From Bigelowiella natans CCMP2755 (lineage: Eukaryota > Protista > Cercozoa): a stretch of DNA of 64,000 nt. The translations under genes and the position numbers were made by a program. Location of the stretch: the NCBI GenBank assembly GCA_000320545.1, contig ADNK01000157.1, forward strand, positions 74,828 to 138,827, read 5' to 3'. Each line of letters begins with the position of its first letter. Position 1 is the stretch's first letter. Positions 13,567-24,000 of the stretch are shown here, in pieces. The notes beneath the pieces are model-generated. The model searched no databases. It worked only from the letters and a program-made list of their open reading frames with translations, and was not told the DNA's origin.

Positions 13567-15289
13567 ATCGAAGATGGAAGTGGATGGGGAAGGAAACAGC
13601 AACCATGCATACTAATGATTTACTAATGGTTTTGAGTGGGTGGTGAATGTGATAGAGTAATCATATAAATATACACATATTTATTTCATCTTGTTTATCA
13701 TATTGGAAATAATAGCATCATCTGCATCACCATCATTAGTGCGGGATCAAAAATCCTATCATACAATCGACGATTCCCACCTCATTCACGTTCTTGATCA
13801 TTTGCGAGATGTAGTCCTCCGCCCCCTCTCTTACCTCCTTGATGGCCCATATGTAGTCCTCGTCCTTGTGATTCTTCTCGTTGCGGATAAATTCGCGGAT
13901 GGTTTCCCAGATTTCGATTTGCTTCTCATACGTGGGAGTTTTACCGTCAGGAAAGAAGAAATCCTCGGACGATGAGGAGGAGGAAAGCTCTGCAACACGG
14001 CGGTGGTACTTGCCTTCAATGGAGGTCACGAGCTGGTGGAGAGACTCCAGCGTTGTGACGAAATCTGCCGTTGTGATGTCATAGCCGGTGAAGTAGTTTT
14101 CCGGGTCCTCTTCAGATTGCAGCGTGTTCATCCTGTCGAGGAGAAAGAGAGTGGCTTGTGTCTCCGTAGCAAGCTTCCGGTAGTCGTCCGTTGTCGCACT
14201 GCTCCAGTCAATCTCTCTTTCCACGGGCTCCAGCTGATATCCAAGGAAATTCGCAAAAAGGCTACGCCGTTGGTAATTTGGCAGATTTAGACGCTCAGCG
14301 ATCTCAACCGTGTCGACGACGTTGATAGAATTCATATCCCATGTGCGGTACAGTTCTCCCACGTCGTTCAGCTCACCATGTACCGCTTTCCTGACCGGCT
14401 CCGTGAGAATTTTCACCAGGGTTGGCGGCGGAAATGGCTGGGAGAGCATCTCGCAAGCCTTCGCGTACTCAGGGAGCCTATAGATTATTGTCGTATCCAT
14501 TGATGACACGGCAACAACGGAGGGTCCCGCTGCCGCGCCTTTGCTCCAGCGAGTGTTAAAGCCGACGACATGTGTGTGCCAGTCCAGGTCGTACAGCTTA
14601 TCTACGGTTCTCTGTATCATGGGATTTACCTCGTCGACAGGGGAGCTGATGACGTATATTTTCCCCATTGGCTGGAATTTAGGCAGCGAGCGGATGAACA
14701 GCTCGTCAGATCGTAGACGGGGGTCTCGATCCCATGCGGTGGGATCCAGCTCCAGTGCTTCCTCCTCTTCCTCATCATCGCTCTCTTCGAACAGTTCCAT
14801 GAACCCCAAATCGCGATCGGAGCCGCCGCGGCCCCAGTCACGGTTTGAACCGCGCGCGTATGCACTGCCCCTTAGAGTAGCTTGATGATCGCGTCGATTA
14901 TGTCGTGGTCTACTGTGTGTCGTTGCTGTGAATTCTGATTTGGTGAGAGAAGCAGAACGTTTTGGGACAGCCAACCGGGGTCTCGGCGAACTCGTGCGCA
15001 TTCCACCTCCCCATCTGCCCCAAGGAGTTCCGCTCCCTCCAAGGGGGACTGCCCTTCCGCTCACAGGCTGTCGTATCCTCTGTGTATACACGGGCGATAG
15101 GCTATTTTGTAGAAATTCAGCACCACCATCGCCGCTAGTGGTTCTTTTGTTTTCTAGTGGAAGCTTTGCAACAAGGCAGACCCCCACAATCACAGTCCAC
15201 ACAAAGGCAGCACCGGCAGGGGGGATGCCACAACGGGCTCCAGCGACACTTTCACCCCCGAGAAACCGCCGTCTGTTCCTACTGTACAT
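8048..15289 (-). CDS. Large protein (roughly 1,700-1,800 aa): targeting leader, degenerate WRN/DnaQ-like 3'-5' exonuclease domain, SAP domain, long acidic region, possible HTH, C-terminal SAP domain
   Basis: About 10 exons join with consistent phases (IKNVNE|WREEQ; DHI|NNHDDHFVSRFLQ|SAAADY; DPE|AAYSF; QLR|GNIRD; QSF|DLEPR; FLK|APMDD; LAR|GGSG; MTVVK|LKDLL). SAP1 = MTIKELKTRLREKGLPVSGSKAALVARL. SAP2 = MTVVK|LKDLLKERGLPASGRKRELVDRL. Exo-like segment VVGFNTRW...VHGELND...IDWS. TAG at 8048-8050. Confidence 0.75.
12090..12200. repeat. Compound microsatellite (CA)n(TA)n(GT)n; representative of many intronic SSRs in the window
   Basis: Directly visible. Similar arrays at about 4575, 6170, 9190, 10340, 32665, 36740, 37650, 42350, 43540, 44560, 47110, 48125, 52550, 53870 and 62025. 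Confidence 0.95.
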
Positions 15290-15950
15290 CCAGCCGGCGA
15301 CAGATAGGGAGAAGCTGGCAGACGACAGCAACGGTATTCTCTGGTACGCCTGACCTGAGAAAGAACATAATCTTGTGTCAGGTCTTTCACAGGACATCAA
15401 CAACATTATGGGGAGAGGGAAAACTGAAAGAAGAAAAACGCCCGAAAATGCTACGTGGTCAGTAACGAAGTATTGGGTTGTTTCAAGGTTTTCTGTATCA
15501 AGCATGGTATGAAGCTGTTCAACAAGCACCCCATTCCGTTCCCCCTCCTCTTTTCCTGACAGGCTCCCATATAGAATATGGCCATCAGAAGATGGAAAGA
15601 AGATATATATAATACGTTTTCAGCCTACTCATCTTCAATATGGAAACATTTACAGCTTTCCCTCCCCACTATCCCCCCCCGCACCCCACCGGTCTTATGC
15701 CGTTGTGCCGAGGCCCGATAGAAATATGCAGCTACGACAATAAGAATCCCTTGCCGTTTCAGAAAAATATTGGCCAATTTTGCGCAGATACAGATTCCAA
15801 AGTATAGTGGCTATTTATCTTTGCGACATACCCTTTTCGTCAGTAGCGGGTTTTGATAGCAGGAATTAGAAAGCCCATTTTGTACTTACGACATCCAATA
15901 TTTTCGGCCAAACGACAAGTTTCGCAAGCCATACAGCACTGGTGAGAAGG

Positions 15951-17483
15951 ATGGCGTCGCTCCGATCACTGGCACCCCACGTGATCTTTCTGCTTTTCGT
16001 GGTATCCCTTCTACTCCTATCCTCGTATGGGTCAGATAGAAATCAATATAATCTTCGCGGAGGGCTAGCCTTGAACTCTCGTTGCTTTTCTGGCGGGATA
16101 ACGCGCTTCCCTCGAACGGGAACTGTCGTTTCCGGTACCCCCCCTATGCCTCGGCAGACACTTGTTCGTCTTATCAAGGACCCAAACCTTTTCTCCGGAG
16201 ACTCGGATAATAACATGATGAAGCCTGCCTCAGATAGTGGGTTGATTGGAGTGCAGAAGGATTCCGAAAAAATGGAATGGGATCCGGACAATGTCCTCGG
16301 CCCAAGGCAATCTGGTCACCTTTCAAGGCTCGAGGCGGTGCAGGCTGAGCAAAAGGTGATCTCCAACACAACAAGCAAGTCCCTTTCAAAATATTTTCAT
16401 CGTTTAGTTGATTAAGATGTCACAAAGTATAAATTCTTCTGTCTTACGAATCGACCTCCTTCAGAACAAAGCTGAATACGACAGGATTGTCGCCGAGCAG
16501 CTCAAGCAGGCTGAAGAGGCCAGAGAAAGGTTCAACCATTAAAATTGTTCACCACATGCGCCTAATCATCAATTAGTCTATCTTGAGAGCATTAACAAGT
16601 ATCCTACTCTTACAACTTCATTTCCAAATACAATTGCACAGGCGTGATTCACGTACACCTCCAGAGGACTTGAATGACCTGCACGAGGTGATCGAGTACT
16701 TTCTCGATACGCATCCTGAAGACATGTAAGTATTAGCCATTATTATCCTTGCAGTAGTTATCGTTATAGTAGCATAGTTGTTGAGTACTGTCGGGTGGAG
16801 AAGGAGAATTCACTAAGACATTTTCTCTCGTCCCTTAATTTACAAAGGGAGCACGAAATTGCACGGCTTCGTCCCGCAATTACACCCCAGCTGATTGTGG
16901 TGCGTTTAAATTCCATCCCATCTTACTTGAATCGAAACGTTGGATGTAGTACTAGTAGTAAATTTTATCCCATCTTACTTCAATCGGAATATAGTGGCTC
17001 GTTGGCTCATGGATTTAATATGTTTTCTATACCACATTTATTCAGTATATGGATAAGTACGTCAATGCAACTATGCTAATGAGAAGTGAGAAGAACCAGG
17101 CAGAAATCGACAAGATGGACGAATATGCAGCTCTTAGCCAAGTCTTGAAGGAAGGCGTGATTATTTTCGATACGATGAAGATGGAGGCGCTAAAAGCGCA
17201 AGAGAATTTGCGAATGGTTCTCACTGCGGATGACAAAAAGGCAGCTCTATTAGAACTTGCAGGACGCAATGAAATTGACGACACTTTCATAATGCTGATT
17301 GAATCGAACGCCCAGCAAGCACAGGCGGCTGGGCAAGATAAAGTTGCGGAGTTTATGCTGAAGCTACGAGAAGCAGCGACAAGATACGTCATCAAGCCTA
17401 TGAATGTCCCACTACGCGAGGGTGAAATGCAACAGCAGGATGCTGGAGGAAATATGGGAGGGCAGGTTGGCTCTCAAAACTAG
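15951..17483 (+). CDS. Plastid-targeted conserved protein of unknown function (green-lineage type), multi-exon
   Basis: Signal peptide MASLRSLAPHVIFLLFVVSLLLLSS plus a basic transit-like region. Mature part WDPDNVLGPRQSGHLSRLE...VIEYFLDTHPEDM|EHEIARLRP...KAALLELAGRNEID...AEFMLKLREAATRY resembles an uncharacterised chloroplast protein family of plants and green algae. Confidence 0.7.
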
Positions 17484-18375
17484 ACATACAAAATCCACTA
17501 GGCAGTAGCATTGCCAGCAACATATTCAAGAAAATCGTAGCAGCATTTCCTCCATTAATACGCATTAAATTCAAGCCCAGTAATATCCTAGTTATCCCAT
17601 CTTACCATTTAATATAAGGTCGTCTGATTGCATACACACTTCTTTCAAAGTAGATACGATAAGCGAGCTGCGTGACTTTCTTTTTCCTACCAGTATTTTA
17701 GTCTGCCACTGTGTATCATCGACGGCGCATGTGACTAGCATGCTATCTGCTACATTATGACATTATCTATATTCCAGCATTATCTTCGATCGATCATTGA
17801 CGTTGTGCCGTGAGTTTGCACGTACGTACCATGTATGCACAAACATTATTGGTTACATGCCATGCGGCGGGTCACGGATACAATAACCGCTGGTTGCCAC
17901 ACAGCATGTATAGTAGCATGATGTGAGGCGAAAGCTGGCGCCATATGACGTTGGCCTCAGTAGACTAACTGCTTCATTTACACAGAGTGCCATTTTCAAA
18001 ATGTGGCAGGTGCTAGCGTGTGTGTGTGTGTGTGTACACATACATGCACATTACAGCATGCGCTTCTGCAAAAATAATCAGTGTCATCAATGACAAAGTG
18101 CACATAGCTAGATAGCGTGACACTGTGCCTATTGTCTCACATTTAGCGCCGCATTGGACTTCATTATTGACAGCTTCAGTATTGAACCACAGCAACTACA
18201 AAGCGATGCATCGCGTTGATAAAGAAGAACGTAAATTTTGAACACCCACATGAACATGAAAAAGAACAACCATTCCGAGCCCTTACGAACTTGCATGATC
18301 GGATGGCAAATTAAAATACGGCGACCTTGTTGATCTCCTCTTTATGTGGAACGGAGTACAAAATCTACCTGTTCC

Positions 18376-19971
18376 TTACCACTTAACTAAGAGTCTCTCG
18401 CTACTCATGTTCAGCTTTAATGTGACGTGCTGCGCGTTGAAAGTGTAGTGATTATTTGGAGGGCTGACTGGGAAAGGATCGCAACATTGGGTTGAAACCA
18501 TCCAGAAGTTGTCCGGACCCATCCAAGCAGGAGGGAATACTGGGGTGTATGCACCAGTGGATCCATCCCAACCGCTCCAGTCGTCATCAATGTGGAAGAT
18601 TGAGAAAGGTCCCCAAGGCTCGGGAGCTTCAACGAGAACAAGTTGAGAGCGCTGATGCTTCGTCCTGTCGTTGCGTTCGTCAGGGGAGTGATCTGGGCGT
18701 GGATGGCCATCGTAAGAAATCCAAGCCCAGTTCGCGAAGATGTAGCTCTTTGTTTCGAAGTGGTAGTTTACTTGCTGGACAGCGGTCATCAATGGGTAGC
18801 TCCAGACCGGGACAGCAATGGAGTCATCGGACACCCAAGCGATCTGTCCATCTGGCATTTCGCCGTTATAGAATTCGTAAGCTGTGCGGTTGAGTATTTG
18901 GTCTTTTGGTACACGTCCAAGGAAAAGCATGTCGTTCTGTTCAAAGAAAGCAGCGCCTCCATTGGTGGCTTGGAAGTGAACATATACATACTCGTCGCGC
19001 GCTCCTGCATTATCCCTGCCAAACTGAACAAATCTTGGGGCTGCGAGCCGTCCAGTGAACATCTTTGGATTCGTCGCATTCAGGTTCCAGGTAACACCCC
19101 CGTCTTCTGAAGTGATGATCCAAGATGGACCATAACGTTGGCGGTTGAAATCAAGGTCGTCTCCGTAGTTGAAGCAAGTCACGGCCCAGTAAAGGACACC
19201 GTCGATACTAATGACACTGTTGGACTTGATGTTTGGAACATCCTCGTATTCTGGCTTGTGCCACGGGTTCCAGTTCTCACAGTAGTCAAGAAGCCACTTG
19301 CCTCGAACGGGAATAGTGCTCCCTTGCAGCGTCATGTTCGTGCACTGAGGACTCGGGTTACTTGGGTCCGTACAGTTCATATCCATTGGCCCTCCCTTCA
19401 CTTTGAAGAAGGCTGCAGGGGAGAATTCTTGGCCCTGGTTATTGTCTCCCGCACCGGTGTACTGATTCCCGTCTGCACCCCATGTAATTGGAAACTCGTC
19501 GCCCTGAACAGCAACCTGGTACTTAGGATCCACGTATGCTCCTAGAATTACACTGGAGTTGGGATATTTTGGCCGCAAGGAGGGAAGCTTCGATCTGAGA
19601 CCAGAGACGACTGGATCTCCAGGTGCAGGGGTGACCAATGGGTCAATGTCGTCACGGAACACGCAACATGGCTTGTCCACAGGGCAGTCAGTCCCTTCAG
19701 GAAGATCCTTCCCATCGGGATGGAAGTCGAATGATTCACAAGACCAGTCACCGCAGCAAAGGTTTCCGCAATCCATTGGGGTAGCATCTGCGTCCATAGG
19801 ATTCCATTTGTATTGCGAAGTTGAGGAGGGTTCCCGACGTTTTCCCGCCGGGTCAAGCTTGAGACCGGCAGGGCAACGTTTGTCACGAATATAACGTGGA
19901 ACCTGGTCTGCAACGCCAGTGGCGCAGCAAACAAGGAGGAGGAGGAGAGGGAGGCGGTTAGAAAGATCCAT
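18376..19971 (-). CDS. Secreted DUF4185-like beta-propeller protein (putative glycoside hydrolase) with N-terminal Cys-rich PAN/apple-like module; intronless
   Basis: 531-aa uninterrupted ORF with signal peptide. Cys-rich segment DCGNLCCGDWSCESFDF...CCVF. Bacterial DUF4185-type motifs GDEFPITWGADGNQYTGAGD, KSNSVISIDGVLY, SEDGGVTW (Asp-box), FVQFGRDNAGARDEYVYV, LGRVPKDQILNRTAYEFY and EAPEPWGPF. Confidence 0.7.
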   Translation of the reverse strand: MDLSNRLPLLLLLVCCATGVADQVPRYIRDKRCPAGLKLDPAGKRREPSSTSQYKWNPMDADATPMDCGNLCCGDWSCESFDFHPDGKDLPEGTDCPVDKPCCVFRDDIDPLVTPAPGDPVVSGLRSKLPSLRPKYPNSSVILGAYVDPKYQVAVQGDEFPITWGADGNQYTGAGDNNQGQEFSPAAFFKVKGGPMDMNCTDPSNPSPQCTNMTLQGSTIPVRGKWLLDYCENWNPWHKPEYEDVPNIKSNSVISIDGVLYWAVTCFNYGDDLDFNRQRYGPSWIITSEDGGVTWNLNATNPKMFTGRLAAPRFVQFGRDNAGARDEYVYVHFQATNGGAAFFEQNDMLFLGRVPKDQILNRTAYEFYNGEMPDGQIAWVSDDSIAVPVWSYPLMTAVQQVNYHFETKSYIFANWAWISYDGHPRPDHSPDERNDRTKHQRSQLVLVEAPEPWGPFSIFHIDDDWSGWDGSTGAYTPVFPPAWMGPDNFWMVSTQCCDPFPVSPPNNHYTFNAQHVTLKLNMSSERLLVKW

Positions 19972-20721
19972 GGCAAGATGGATGGGGAGTGTCCAAACAA
20001 TGTAACCGCGGGCTTGTGAATACCCTACACAACCCGATTAATTAATAAAAAAAGTACCCAGCTGTATTTGGTAAATTCTAGTTTATTTAAAACAAGAGAC
20101 AGCTTTTTCTAGTTGTAAAGCGTAGGGAATACGGGGGCAATGAATCAACTCTTTCTTTGGCCCCTTCCAAGAGAAAATCGGTGCCTTTTCGGAGTAAAGC
20201 GGCAATAAATGATGGTTTTTTCCCGTGCAAACGTGGGAGGAGCAAACCGGAAATCATTTCCTGGAATACCTAGAGGATTTTCGCAGTGCGACTAGTACTC
20301 TGTTAAATCGCATTGCTTGTTGTCGAAGTTCCTGCAAACGCCTGTCTCCCATGTGGTTCTGGCGCATGTGGATTTGATCAACGCTTTGTTCATTGTTCAT
20401 TGTTCATTGCTCAGGATGGATGCTTTGCGTCGTCATCACTTGGCTGCTTGTTAGTTGTGATGCATTCAATGATTAGTTTGTGCTAATTTGCATGAACCCC
20501 GCTAGTTTGCTAGTCAGCACTGAAGCCATCGCAGTTCGATCGAGGCACTGCATTTCGCACGTTGCAAGTGTCTTGTCACACTTTGGAAATGTGGTTTTTC
20601 ATCATTGTTCTCATTGTTCTCATTGTCCTTCCTCCCCTCTTCAACTCCGAAGAAAATTCCAACAAGACTAGCAGACCCACACCCACGGGCTGACCAGCCA
20701 GGCTAGCAGGCTCTGTCGATT

Positions 20722-21047
20722 TGTTGCGCGTAAGGTGTTCACAGGCCGAGGCGCTACGTGCACAAGTAGGCAGGGGGGGGGAAAGGCACGTTTGCTTCCT
20801 TTTGAAGAGTTGTGTTTATTTTTATTAAAGATTATATTTTTATTAAATCGTGCACTGCGTAATCATTCGCGAAGCTTTCGCGAATGCCGCCGCACGTGGG
20901 GCAGCACACTTCCGGTGTGCTGCCATGAGTCCCGCCGGAACCCACGTGCCTATGCTGTATTAATATCTACGTTATCTATATTCTATATCCGCGACAACCC
21001 CTTTGTTGTCGCACGTGACTTGTGCCCGCGTAGTGGTACGCGCTACA
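20722..21047 (-). repeat. 3' LTR (326 bp)
   Basis: tgttgcgcgtaagg...tggtacgcgctaca. No difference seen by eye from 26112-26437. Imperfect terminal inverted repeat (10/11 nt). Confidence 0.97.
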
Positions 21048-21056
21048 CCTCCCCCA
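21048..21056 (-). other. Polypurine tract (plus-strand primer)
   Basis: Element strand reads TGGGGGAGG immediately before the TG of the 3' LTR. Confidence 0.85.
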
Positions 21057-21098
21057 AGTCACGTTGCTCCTTCCTTCCTTCCTTATTCCCTTAGACCT

Positions 21099-24000
21099 TC
21101 ATCGCTTTCGGAACTTCACCAACCACCAGGTAATAGATTCCTCTCTAACCTTATCTCCTTTGTCGCTTACCCAGAACTCACCTTCGTCCTTAGGTTCGTG
21201 TCCATACCAGCCCTCTGCATCAAGGTCCCCCAGGACCTTATACCAGTGCTCAAAGGGTAAGTCGGGAACAGCTAGGTAGAGTAGCTGATATTTTCCGTCC
21301 TTTATTTTCATAGCTACCCTCTCCATATTTCGTAATCCAGGGTAGCCTAGATAGACAATCTTCATGCGCCAATCGTCGTTCACCCTGACCTTATTGTTTC
21401 CATATTCCACATCGAACTTAGGTCGGGGTCCTAAACAAGGCATTGCTCGCTCCCACACAGTAGGGTTTACTTTAACATCCTCTAGGAGCTTCTCACCGAT
21501 ATCATAATTCTTTAGGTGACTGATGTGGCGCAAGGTGACCCTGTTCCCATCATAGATGTAGTACTGCTTCCTCCCCTTCCTCTCGGTAACCTTTGCAACG
21601 CCACCCCAGAAGGGGTCTTGTTTATTTCTCGATCTCAGATTTACCTTGGCCCTAACATACTGTCCTTCCTTTAGAACTCGGCCATCGTACGGGACCTTCT
21701 CGTCTTCGCTCTCGGTATCGTCGTCGTTGTCGTCGCCTTCTTCCCTCTCCTTATCCTTGATACCTCCCCCAGACGTGAAGGTGTCGTTTACTAACCCTTG
21801 TATCTTGTCTGGTGTGGTGCTATTTATCCTGCTTAGGTTGGCCAAGGTGCGGTGGAGTCGCTCTACCTTGGAGTTGGACTGGGCATAGTATACAGGTGAG
21901 GCATCAATATTAGGGTGTGGTAGCTGTAGAAGAGAGGTCTCATTATCCACATGTAACTTCTTTGGTATCTTGTTTATGCTAACTTCATCAGGGATAGCCT
22001 GGAGCTCAGACTCCCAGGTACGGTAGCAGTTAGTAAGCCTCTGCTTATATAAGCCTTTGTTCTTCTTAGCAACGTTGACCTTGATAATCTTTTTAACCCA
22101 GCACTTTCCAGTGGCCACATCAACGAAGGTAAGGTAGTGATAGCCATCGTACTTATAAACATCAATTTGCACGATATCTAAGAAGTTCCTTGCTTTGATT
22201 TTCTTAGATGCACGGCTCTTGCTGGACTCCTTGGTGGCGACGCCTGCCGCCTTCAAGCTGGAGCACCTGCAGCCACGCAGGTATGTCCTTATCTCTTTTA
22301 GCTTGTAGGGCCAGTAGTAATGGTAGAGTAGAGCAGTGATATGGTTTTCTCCTACGTGTGCAGGTCCATGGGCGGTAAAGAGAAGGGCTCCCCTGGTCCG
22401 CCGTGGCACGTAGGTACGCCTAACATTATTAGTGTATACATATATCCTATCACTAAGTACCTCATGCTTGTGTTTGTATTTATCCAGGTGTTCTTGAAGG
22501 TGCTGGAGCTCCTCTGGCTCAGGCAGGAAGTCGCCGTCCTCGAAGGTAATCGCGTTAACCATAGGGGTGACCTGGGTAGGGACTTTCTTTTCGAACAGCC
22601 TGCTGAAATAGTCAGCAAGCTGCTTGTCTCCTGGTGCGTAGACCACTGTCCTCTTGTCCCTAAACTCTTCCGTGTCCGCCCTCATAGCTGCATACTCATC
22701 GTTAGGCGCTTCGAGCTTGCGGTCGATGCCTAGGAGGGGCTTGTGGTCAGTCATTAAGGTGAAGCTGGGCACCGACAGCAGGTAGTATCTTAGTTTCCTC
22801 TGCGCCTCAGTCATGGCTTTATACTCTCCTTTTGTAGGGCTGTACTTGGCCTCAGCTGCTGTGCAGGCCCTGCCCCACACCCGTATGATCTGCTGGTCTT
22901 GGGTAAGTACAGCAGCCATACCTAGCTTAGACCAGTCTGTCCATAGGGTAGCTGGTCTAGTAGTGTCTAGCTTAGCATTCAATAGGGTGTTGCTGCATAA
23001 CTTTATTAGGTTATCGAAGTGGGCATCAAGGCCAGCCTTGGCCCACACCTTAGCGAAGCTGAGGCCTACAGAGTTCTCCTTCCGGTAAGCAGTAGTAAAA
23101 GCAGCTGCAGTCCTAGCGTAGGTAGGGGAGAACCTACGTAGTATCCAAGCTGCAGTCTGCAAGAATGACTTTAACTCCTTTGCATTCTTAGGTTTAGGGG
23201 CTTGCTGTAGTGCTGCTACTTTCTCGGGGTTTGGGGTGATGCGGCCTTGCTCCAGGTAATATCCACACCACTTGATTCTTGTAGCTAGGAATGTACACTT
23301 CTGCAGTCTAATAGTAAAACCGAAGTGTGCAAACCTAATAAATATATTTTCCAGGAGGAAGATCTGAGCGACGACTGTGTTGGTACATATTATGTCATCA
23401 TCCACATACACAAACACAAACACCCACAACACAGACGCCATCCCATCATGTGTGTATGCCCTGTAGTTCTGACTACTGAACGCATCCCCTGATATGCTTA
23501 GGCCGTAAGGGAATACGACGAAGTGCCACTTCCTGTGCCTGCTGGAGAACGCGGTAATGGGGCGGGAGGTTTTGTGGATGGGTGTCTGCATGTATGATTC
23601 ATTTTTATCTAGGGAAGAGTAGTATTTGTATCCTATGACGTGTTCAATAACGTCATCTATCCTTGGTGTAGGTGTCTGGATCCTCTTTATTACTCGGTTG
23701 TGGCGGATGAAGTTGTGCGCCAGGCGGAAGAAAGGGTAAGTAGGTTTCTTAGCTAGCACATGTCTCACGTTCCATGGTGAGTTGCTTGGCTCTATCTTCC
23801 CTTCCTTTGCCCATTCATTGATCTGCCACTCTATCTTTTCCCAGTCCGCTTCCGGTCGCCTATGTTCTGGGTCATTGATGATGCACTCTTCGTATCCCTT
23901 CTTTAGCTCGATCTTTACTGGGGTAAGCTTGCTGGAGGGCTTCGTCGTCGGCTTGGTGATGTCAGAGTACTTCTCGTTTAATATTTTATTAATGTACTTT

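Noticed and set aside
16915-17606. Three copies of ATCCCATCTTAC (16915, 16967, 17594)
   Set aside because: Too short and irregularly spaced for a CRISPR array or a defined element; probably local duplication.
20915-20950. Hammerhead-ribozyme-like string CTGCCATGAGTCC...GGAAC in the LTR
   Set aside because: It lacks the exact CUGANGA and GAAA core, so it is kept only as a generic structured-RNA candidate.
20735-21094. 119-aa and 172-aa plus-strand ORFs overlapping the LTRs (also 26095-26613)
   Set aside because: Non-ATG starts, no recognisable motifs, and duplicated only because the LTR is duplicated.
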